Assembly: GCA_021834525.1 (NCBI GenBank)
Contig: JAKBDK010000011.1
Span: 11,686-75,685, forward strand
Length of the DNA: 64,000 bases
From: Pseudomonadota bacterium
GTDB lineage: Bacteria; Pseudomonadota; Gammaproteobacteria; Steroidobacterales; Steroidobacteraceae
Direction: 5' to 3'
Shown: positions 57,789 through 64,000 of the stretch, piece by piece
Layout of the letters: the number at the start of each line of letters is the position of its first letter
Numbering within the stretch: position 1 is the first letter of the stretch
Translations under genes and position numbers: made by a program
The notes under the pieces: generated by a model
Databases searched by the model: none
What the model was told of the DNA's origin: nothing
The model's input: the letters and a program-made list of their open reading frames with translations, nothing else

Positions 57789-58307
57789 ATGTCGCAACCC
57801 TGGTCCAAGCCGCTCGAGGTCGACCGGCTGTCCCGCGGGGCGGCTGCGCTCGATTTCGATGTGGAATTAACGCAGTTGCCGCGGCTGAGTTCGCGCGTCG
57901 AATTGACCGGTGGCGCCGTGCGCGGCACCGTGCGATTCGGACGTGACTCGGGTCGGGCGGTGGCCGACGTGACGCTCGAGGGCGCTGCGCGGATGACGTG
58001 CCAGCGCTGCATGCAGCCCATGACGTTGCCCTTGAGTGGGCACGTGAAGGTCGCGTTGCTCGCGAACGCGGCCGAGGCGAGCACGCTCGAGGATGCGCTC
58101 GAACCGATGCTGGCGCCCGAGGGGCGCATCAGCGTGGCCGAGTTGATCGAGGAGGAAGTGCTGCTCAGTCTGCCGATCGTGCCGATGCACGAGGCGGGCG
58201 GGCAGTGTCCGTCGCCCGGGGCGCACAGCGCCGCGAGCGATGCGCCGGCCGATGCGGTGACGCAGCGGCCGTTTGCGCGTCTGGGTGAGTTGTTGAATCA
58301 GAAGTGA
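57789..58307 (+). CDS. yceD: DUF177 protein YceD (large-subunit rRNA accumulation protein)
   Basis: CQRCMQPM Cys pair, acidic C-terminus, and position directly upstream of rpmF. Confidence 0.85.
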   Translation: MSQPWSKPLEVDRLSRGAAALDFDVELTQLPRLSSRVELTGGAVRGTVRFGRDSGRAVADVTLEGAARMTCQRCMQPMTLPLSGHVKVALLANAAEASTLEDALEPMLAPEGRISVAELIEEEVLLSLPIVPMHEAGGQCPSPGAHSAASDAPADAVTQRPFARLGELLNQK

Positions 58308-58337
58308 GTTTCCGCGCCTCGGGCGCATGAGGACATT

Positions 58338-58529
58338 ATGGCCGTTCAGAAAAGCCGCAAGACCCCTTCCAAGCGCGGCATGCACCGTTCGCACGACGCG
58401 CTCTCCGCGCCGGCGCTCTCGACCGACCCGCAGTCGGGTGAGACCCATCTGCGTCATCGCATCACTCCGGACGGTTTCTACCGCGGCCGGCGCGTGATCG
58501 AGAAGCCTGCGGACGCCGACCAGGAATAA
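58338..58529 (+). CDS. rpmF: 50S ribosomal protein L32
   Basis: [22 protein letters not shown]. Confidence 0.96.
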   Translation: MAVQKSRKTPSKRGMHRSHDALSAPALSTDPQSGETHLRHRITPDGFYRGRRVIEKPADADQE

Positions 58530-58538
58530 CGCGCTCGC

Positions 58539-59567
58539 GTGCCTGTGTTGCCGGTCGCCATCGATGTGATGAGCGGCGATCGCCAGCCGCGCGAGTACAT
58601 CGCTGGGGCGCTCGCGGCGCTCGCCGAGCAGGCGGACCTCACGGTGCTGCTGGTCGGGGAGCGCTCGCTCATTGAGGCGGCGCTCGCCGGGCAGCCGGCG
58701 GCGCTGCGCGAGCGCATCGAGATCGTGCCGGCCTCGCAGGTGGTCGACATGGACGAGTCGCCGCGCTCAGCGGTGCGGCATAAGAAAGACTCCTCGATGC
58801 GCGTGGCGGTCGAGCTCGTCAAGAGCGCTCGGGCGGCCGCGTGCGTGAGCGCCGGCAACACCGGTGCGCTCACCGCGATCGCCCACTTCGTGCTGAAGAC
58901 GCTGCCCGGCGTCGAGCGCGCCGCCATCATCTCGGCCATCCCGGCCGCGCACGGCCACACCCAGATGCTCGATCTTGGCGCCAACGCCAAGGCGACCGCC
59001 GAGCAGCTGCGTCAGTTCGCCACCATGGGCGCGATCATCGCGCGCGACATCTACGGGCTGACCGCGCCGCGCATCGGGCTGCTCAATATCGGCGAAGAGG
59101 ACATGAAGGGACACGAGCTCGTGCAGGATGCGCACGCGCTGCTCGGGACGAGCGGTCTGAACTACGTGGGCTTCGTCGAAGGCAATGACATCTTCTCCGG
59201 CGACGTCGACGTGGTGGTGACCGACGGATTCACCGGCAACGTGGCGCTGAAGACCATGGAGGGCGTGGCGGCGCTCATCGGGGCGCGTCTGCGCGAGGAG
59301 TTCAACGCGTCCTGGCTCGATCGGCTCGCCGGTCTCGCCGCGCGTGCGGTGCTGCGGCGCGCCGCCGCCAGTCTCGATCCGCGCCGCTACAACGGGGCGT
59401 GCATGGTCGGGCTGGCCGGGATCGTGGTAAAAAGCCACGGTCGGGCGGACGCGATGGCTTTCGGCAGAGCCGTGATCACCGCGGCGCTCGCGGCGCGTCA
59501 GGGATTGACCGCGCACATTGCCCAGGCGCTGGCTGCGCCGCAACCCATCGGGAGTTCGACGTCTTGA
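58539..59567 (+). CDS. plsX: Phosphate acyltransferase PlsX
   Basis: VAIDVMSGD and SAGNTGAL motifs. GTG start. Confidence 0.92.
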   Translation: MPVLPVAIDVMSGDRQPREYIAGALAALAEQADLTVLLVGERSLIEAALAGQPAALRERIEIVPASQVVDMDESPRSAVRHKKDSSMRVAVELVKSARAAACVSAGNTGALTAIAHFVLKTLPGVERAAIISAIPAAHGHTQMLDLGANAKATAEQLRQFATMGAIIARDIYGLTAPRIGLLNIGEEDMKGHELVQDAHALLGTSGLNYVGFVEGNDIFSGDVDVVVTDGFTGNVALKTMEGVAALIGARLREEFNASWLDRLAGLAARAVLRRAAASLDPRRYNGACMVGLAGIVVKSHGRADAMAFGRAVITAALAARQGLTAHIAQALAAPQPIGSSTS

Positions 59568-60517
59568 TCTATTCGCGTATCGCCGGGACGGGGTCCTACC
59601 TGCCCGAGAAGATTCTGACCAATGCCGATCTCGAGAAGATGGTGGATACCACGGATGAGTGGATCCGGGAGCGGACCGGGATCGAGCGACGGCACATCGC
59701 CGCCGAGGGCGAGACCACGGTCGATCTGGCCGAGCGAGCGGTGCGAGCGGCACTGGATGCCGCCGGATGCAGGCCGCAGGACGTCGATTTCATTGCGTTC
59801 GGCACCACCACGCCGGACCTGTGGTTTCCGAACTGCGGCGTGCTGTTGCAGGCGCGGCTCGGATGTCGCGGCGTGCCGGCGTTCAGCGTCGAGACCGCCT
59901 GCAGCGGCTTCATGTACGCGCTGGCGATGGCCGATAAGTTCGTGCGCGCCGGGGAGGCGCGCCGTGCCCTGGCGATCGGTGCCGAGACGCTCTCGCGCAT
60001 CACCGACTGGACGGACCGCTCCACCGCGGTGTTGTTCGCCGATGGCGCCGGCGCGGTGCTGCTCGAGCCGGCGACGGAACCGGGCATTCTCTCGACCCAT
60101 CTGCATGCCGATGGGACGTACAAGGACATGCTCTACAGCGGCGGTGGCACCGATGCGAGGAAGACGCGCCGCGCGATCACGATGACCGGCAATGAGGTGT
60201 TCAAGGTCGCCGTCAGCACCCTCAGCAAGTCGATCGACGAGGCGCTCGCGGCCAATCATCTGGAGCGCTCCGCGCTCGACTGGCTGGTGCCGCACCAGGC
60301 GAACCTGCGCATCATCCAGGCGACGGCGCGCAAGCTCGACCTGCCGATGGAGCGGGTGATCACCACCGTGCAGGACCACGGCAATACGTCGGCGGCCTCC
60401 GTGCCGCTGGCACTCGATTACGGGGTGCGCTCGGGCAAGATCCAGCGCGGCCAGCTGATGCTGCTCGAGGCCTTTGGCGGCGGATTCACCTGGGGTTCGG
60501 CGCTGATCCGCTATTGA
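59564..60517 (+). CDS. fabH: 3-oxoacyl-ACP synthase III
   Basis: Aligns with E. coli FabH from the N-terminus (IYSRIAGTGSYLPEKILTNADLEKMVDTTDEWI). Catalytic ACSGF, HQAN and GNTSAAS. Probable TTG start overlapping the plsX stop. Confidence 0.9.
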   Translation: MIYSRIAGTGSYLPEKILTNADLEKMVDTTDEWIRERTGIERRHIAAEGETTVDLAERAVRAALDAAGCRPQDVDFIAFGTTTPDLWFPNCGVLLQARLGCRGVPAFSVETACSGFMYALAMADKFVRAGEARRALAIGAETLSRITDWTDRSTAVLFADGAGAVLLEPATEPGILSTHLHADGTYKDMLYSGGGTDARKTRRAITMTGNEVFKVAVSTLSKSIDEALAANHLERSALDWLVPHQANLRIIQATARKLDLPMERVITTVQDHGNTSAASVPLALDYGVRSGKIQRGQLMLLEAFGGGFTWGSALIRY

Positions 60518-60540
60518 GGCGATTTCGGATCTTCGGGACG

Positions 60541-60571
60541 AAAAAAAACGCCGCGCATTGCGCGGCGTTTT
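60541..60571. terminator. Bidirectional rho-independent terminator between fabH and the convergent lipoprotein gene
   Basis: A8, then stem CGCCGCGC / GCGCGGCG (60549-56 / 60560-67) with loop ATT, then T4. Confidence 0.85.
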
Positions 60572-60590
60572 CGTAGGAGCGCCGTCGCTC

Positions 60591-60920
60591 TTACTTAGAG
60601 ATCGAACGCTTGAACATGCGGTCGATCTTCTCGTTGGTGGCGTCGATCGCCGCCTTGTTCGACTGCGCGAGCGAGAGCGCCTCGTTGGCAGTGCTCTGAG
60701 CCGCAGCAGACTTCTGGTCGGCAGCGTTCTGCGCAGCCTCGGCGGCGCTGTTGGCCTTGTCGGCGGTGCTCTGAGCGGTGGAGACCTGGCTCTGCAGCTG
60801 GGCGACCTGCGACTTCAGGTTGGCGATGTCCGACTTGATGGGGGTCAGGTTCTGGCAGCCGGCGAGACCGGCCACGAGTGCCGCGGCCGCGGCGACCTTT
60901 ACTACGCTCGCGTACTTCAT
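60591..60920 (-). CDS. Lpp/OprI-like alanine-zipper outer-membrane lipoprotein with C-terminal Lys
   Basis: Start ATG 60920 (MKYASVV…) with AAGGGGA SD. Lipobox LAGC, Ala/Gln/Ser heptad-like coiled coil, and terminal …RSISK. Confidence 0.78.
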   Translation of the reverse strand: MKYASVVKVAAAAALVAGLAGCQNLTPIKSDIANLKSQVAQLQSQVSTAQSTADKANSAAEAAQNAADQKSAAAQSTANEALSLAQSNKAAIDATNEKIDRMFKRSISK

Positions 60921-61266
60921 AAAGTCCCCTTGGGGTTGTTGATTGAGGAAGTCTTGAAAATGCAAACGAACCGAGGTGGAGCAGCCCCCACGACTCGACT
61001 TCACAAGTCCAACAAATTTGTGCGGGGAATGCAACCCTGGACATGCTGATTTTATAGGATTTTGGGTTTGTACGGATGCGCAGCGCAGTGCATATGAACG
61101 GAGGCTGAATAAAGGGCGCGTGCGCCGTGTCGCAACGAGTTGAGAGGCGGCGCGAAGGCCTGATGAAATGCACCGACGGGTCGCTGATGTGGCGGCCGGG
61201 GGACGGCCTCGGGGCGGGCAGCGGCGGGTGATCCGGCGCCGGTTTCAGCCGTGCGGGGCGAGGGAC

Positions 61267-61317
61267 TTGCTGGACGCGTCGTTATGGATATAATCACAGC
61301 CTTGTACAAAAGAACAG
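61267..61317 (+). promoter_or_regulatory. lexA promoter with candidate LexA operator
   Basis: TTGCTG (61267-72), 16 nt, TATAAT (61289-94). TTGTACAAAAGAACAG (61302-61317) matches CTGT-N8-ACAG at 7 of 8 positions and contains GTAC-N4-GAAC. It sits at the predicted +1. Confidence 0.55.
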
Positions 61318-61325
61318 GCGGCACC

Positions 61326-61949
61326 ATGTCTGATCTCACCCCCCGTCAAATCGAAGTTCTGCGGCTGATCCAGCGCTTCATCACGCACTCGGGGATGCCG
61401 CCCACCCGTGCTGAAATTGCCCGTGAACTGGGGTTCCGTTCGGCCAATGCCGCCGAAGACCACCTGCGTGCGCTGGCGCGCAAGGGGGTCATCGCGCTGG
61501 TGCCGGGCGCCTCGCGCGGCATCCAGCTGAAGGACACCATCCGCGAGCAGATCGGACTGCCGCTGATCGGGCGGGTCGCCGCCGGCCGGCCGATCTTCTC
61601 CGAGGAGAACATCGAGGCGCGCCTGGACATCGATCCGGGCGTGTTCCAGCCGCGGCCGCATTACCTGCTGAAGGTCACCGGCATGAGCATGAAGGATGCC
61701 GGCATCCTCGATGGCGATCTGGTGGCCGTGCATCGCACGCCGGAGGTGCGCAGCCGACAGATCGTCGTGGCGCGCCTGGAGAACGAGGTCACGGTGAAGC
61801 GCTATCGCCAGGAAGGCACCGTCGTCTGGCTGCTGCCGGAGAACAGCGACTTCGATCCCATCCGCGTCGATCTGAAGGAACAGTCGCTGTTGATCGAGGG
61901 CATCGTGGTCGGCGTATTGCGCCGCGGCAAGAGCCACGGCCTCATGTAA
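61326..61949 (+). CDS. lexA: LexA repressor
   Basis: [16 protein letters not shown]…[11 protein letters not shown], cleavage-site region VAAGRP, GMSM (Ser) and VTVKR (Lys). Confidence 0.93.
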   Translation: MSDLTPRQIEVLRLIQRFITHSGMPPTRAEIARELGFRSANAAEDHLRALARKGVIALVPGASRGIQLKDTIREQIGLPLIGRVAAGRPIFSEENIEARLDIDPGVFQPRPHYLLKVTGMSMKDAGILDGDLVAVHRTPEVRSRQIVVARLENEVTVKRYRQEGTVVWLLPENSDFDPIRVDLKEQSLLIEGIVVGVLRRGKSHGLM

Positions 61950-61967
61950 TGACGGGAGCCGGCGTGC

Positions 61968-62660
61968 ATGAGCGCCGATGGACCGCGGCGCGCTGCGCCG
62001 CCTTCGAGTGCCGCACGCACAGACCCGCGTCTTGAGCAGCTGCTGGCGCATCCGGCGCTGTGGCGCGCCGGGTCCGCTGCACGCGGTGCGGTCTGGTCGA
62101 GCGGGTTCGCCCCGCTCGATGCGGGTTTGCCCGGGGGCGGCTGGCCGCGCAGCGGACTGATCGAGATTCTTCCCATGCGGTTTGGTCAGGGCGAGCTGCA
62201 GCTGCTGCTGCCGACGCTGGCGTCCATCACGCGCCGGCCCGAGGCGCGCGGGTGCATCTGGGTGGCCCCGCCGCTGCAGCCGTTCGCCCCTGCGCTGGTC
62301 GCGGCGGGTGTTGCGCTCCCTCGGCTGCTCATCGTGCGCGCCCGAGGAGCGACCGCGCTCTGGGCCTTCGAACAGGCGCTCGGTTCCGGCGCCTGCGATT
62401 GCGTGTTCGCCTGGATGCGGCATGCCCCCGCGCGGCACATCCGCCGCCTGCACCTCGCGGCGCAGCGTGGCAACACGCTCGGGGTGTTGTTCAGAACGCG
62501 CGAGGCGGCCCGCGAGGCCTCCCCGGCGATGCTGCGGGTCGCGCTCGAGCCGCGCGGGGATGGCGTGCGGGTCACGCTGCTGAAGAGCCGCGGTGGCGCG
62601 CGCGGCGCGCTCGATCTGACCTGGGCGAGCGCTGCGCATGAACCGCAGAGGATGCCGTGA
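61968..62660 (+). CDS. imuA: ImuA (SulA/RecA-like) translesion-synthesis cassette protein
   Basis: LLAHPALWRAGSAA…SSGFAPLDAGLPGGGWPRSGLIEIL pattern. 18 nt after lexA. Confidence 0.8.
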   Translation: MSADGPRRAAPPSSAARTDPRLEQLLAHPALWRAGSAARGAVWSSGFAPLDAGLPGGGWPRSGLIEILPMRFGQGELQLLLPTLASITRRPEARGCIWVAPPLQPFAPALVAAGVALPRLLIVRARGATALWAFEQALGSGACDCVFAWMRHAPARHIRRLHLAAQRGNTLGVLFRTREAAREASPAMLRVALEPRGDGVRVTLLKSRGGARGALDLTWASAAHEPQRMP

Positions 62661-64000
62661 GGGCGCCGAAAACACTGGACCTGTTTGCCCCGGAGCGACT
62701 GCCGCGCCGCGCGGTCCGTCCGCCCGTGCAGCCCGTGCAGCCGCAGGGGGCGCCCGAGCGTTCCACGCGGCCGTCGCAGGCACCGTTGTGGCTCGCGGTG
62801 CATCTGCCGCAGCTCGCGCCGGAGTCAGATTCGGATGCGCCGCGGGCGCTGCACGCACTCGCCGTACGTGCCCAGCGCTTCACACCCCGCATCAGTCTTG
62901 CACCGCCCGACGCGGTGCTGCTCGAGGTGCGCTCCAGTCTGCACTTGTTCGGTGGCGTGGACGGGCTGCGCCGGGCGCTGGCCGGGGAGTGCGCCGCGCT
63001 CGGCCAGCCGGCCATCCTCGCCTTCGCGCCGAGCGCCTCGGCCGCACTCGCCGGCACGCGCGCCGGGCGGGCGTTCACGGTGTTGGAGGCGGGACAACTG
63101 GCCGGTTCGCTGGCTGCGTTGCCGCTCGCGGCGCTGCGCTGGCCGCCCGAGCTGATCGAGCGACTCGGGCGCATCGGGGTGCGCACCGTCGGGGCGGCGC
63201 TGCGTCTGCCGCGCGCCGGGTTCGCGCAGCGCTTCGGTGCGGCACGGCTCGCGGCGCTCGATCAGCTGACGGGACGGGCGGCCGACCCGCGCGAGCGCTT
63301 CGAGGCGCCGCGGCGGTTTCGTCGCCGCCGCGAGCTGCCCTGCGAATCCGACAGTCACGCGCTGCTCGCCGTGACGCTGCGCGCACTGCTCGAGGAACTG
63401 AGCCGCTTCCTCGCGGCCCGTCAGAGCGGCGTGCTCGCGCTCGAGTGCCGGCTGTGGCATCGACGGGCGCTGCCCACCCGCTGCGTGCTGCGGCTCGGCG
63501 CACCGCTCGCCGATGCCGCGCGGCTCGCCGCGCTGCTCGAGGAGCGGCTGCGCACGCTCACGCTGCCCGAACCGGTGCGCGCCTGCGAGCTGCGCGCCGG
63601 ATCGCCCGTGCCACAGCCGATGCACACCGGCGGCCTGTGGCAGCCGGGAGAGCGGGGCGGACTCGCCGCAGCGCCGGGGGTGGAGCTCATCGAGCGGCTG
63701 CGGGCCCGCCTCGGTCCGGAGGCCCTCGAGACGCTCTCACTCGTGGCCGACCGTCGCCCCGAGGCCGCCTGGCGCGCCGGTCCGCCCGCGCCGGCGCCCG
63801 ATGCCCCGTCGCCGGCGGCGAGGTGGGCCGTGCCCCGGCCGCTGTGGCTGCTGCCGGCGCCGCGGCTGCTGCACCAGCGCCGCGGGCTGCCGCGCTGGCA
63901 CGGGGCGCTGCATCTCGAGGGTGAGCCGGAGCGCATCGAGACCGGCTGGTGGGACGGGCGGGAGGTCGCCCGGGATTACTACACCGCCCGCGATGGACGC
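62657..64000 (+). CDS. imuB: ImuB (Y-family polymerase-like), 3'-truncated by window edge
   Basis: Not in the ORF track. I translated the frame of GTG 62657 (GTGA overlap with imuA) by hand over about 62657-63130 and again at the window end. It reads …LWLAVHLPQL…LLEVRSSLHLFGG…LPLAALRW…GVRTVGAALRLPRAGFAQRFG…PERIETGWWDG…RDYY, with no stop seen in those stretches. No competing ORF is listed in this frame. Confidence 0.8.
   Translation, partial: MRAPKTLDLFAPERLPRRAVRPPVQPVQPQGAPERSTRPSQAPLWLAVHLPQLAPESDSDAPRALHALAVRAQRFTPRISLAPPDAVLLEVRSSLHLFGGVDGLRRALAGECAALGQPAILAFAPSASAALAGTRAGRAFTVLEAGQLAGSLAALPLAALRWPPELIERLGRIGVRTVGAALRLPRAGFAQRFGAARLAALDQLTGRAADPRERFEAPRRFRRRRELPCESDSHALLAVTLRALLEELSRFLAARQSGVLALECRLWHRRALPTRCVLRLGAPLADAARLAALLEERLRTLTLPEPVRACELRAGSPVPQPMHTGGLWQPGERGGLAAAPGVELIERLRARLGPEALETLSLVADRRPEAAWRAGPPAPAPDAPSPAARWAVPRPLWLLPAPRLLHQRRGLPRWHGALHLEGEPERIETGWWDGREVARDYYTARDGR

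Noticed and set aside
62638-63924. 428-aa ORF-track call (MNRRGCREGAENTG…) over the imuB region
   Set aside because: Wrong frame. The translation is almost pure Arg/Ala/Gly, whereas the frame starting at GTG 62657 gives ImuB-like sequence to the window end.
1-64000. Search for tRNA/rRNA genes, CRISPR arrays, IS elements, integrases, toxin-antitoxin pairs or known defence systems
   Set aside because: I found no T-loop/acceptor-stem patterns, no regularly spaced direct repeats, no transposase or integrase motifs and no defence-gene signatures by eye. tRNAscan/CRISPR/ISfinder-type tools would be needed to exclude them formally.

Overview
High-GC proteobacterial chromosome segment. About 60 densely packed protein genes, many with 4-nt start/stop overlaps (ATGA/GTGA/TTGA). 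I found no rRNA, tRNA, CRISPR array, transposase or integrase. Gene order is gammaproteobacterial. One string matches E. coli: prfB-lysS, then rpoE-rseA-rseB-lepA-lepB-rnc-era-recO-pdxJ-acpS. A second string resembles Pseudomonas/Xanthomonas: mfd ... lolCED-DUF2062-exbBD-msbA-lpxK-ycaR-kdsB ... ptp-rne/rluC-yceF/yceD-rpmF-plsX-fabH. The window ends in a lexA-imuA-imuB SOS mutagenesis cassette; imuB runs off the window and is missing from the supplied ORF track. A complete sdhCDAB operon is bracketed by an SDHAF4-like DUF1674 gene, sdhE and a divergent ygfZ. Two blocks look accessory. Block 1 (~21.0-30.0 kb) holds an adaptor + ATPase + two FtsX permeases, an ArsR-SRPBCC pair and a TonB-dependent receptor. 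Block 2 (~44.4-52.5 kb) holds a Gly-zipper lipoprotein, ~620 bp with no credible gene, and a Xanthomonas/Caulobacter-type TonB-dependent receptor + tryptophan-halogenase-like flavoprotein + SapC operon behind a textbook LacI-type operator, with a convergent LacI regulator. Block 2 is the most interesting part: a recurrent gene trio with no known function, here in a minimal regulated form. Other observations are sequence-level regulatory signals: promoter geometries implying leaderless lolC and lacI-type mRNAs, a nested ArsR operator, sigma-E-type promoters, an SOS box, and terminators. The many long Arg/Ala/Pro-rich ORFs antisense to real genes are high-GC artefacts. Family calls rest on motif recognition from memory, not on database searches. 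I found no convincing wholly new multi-gene system beyond these candidates.
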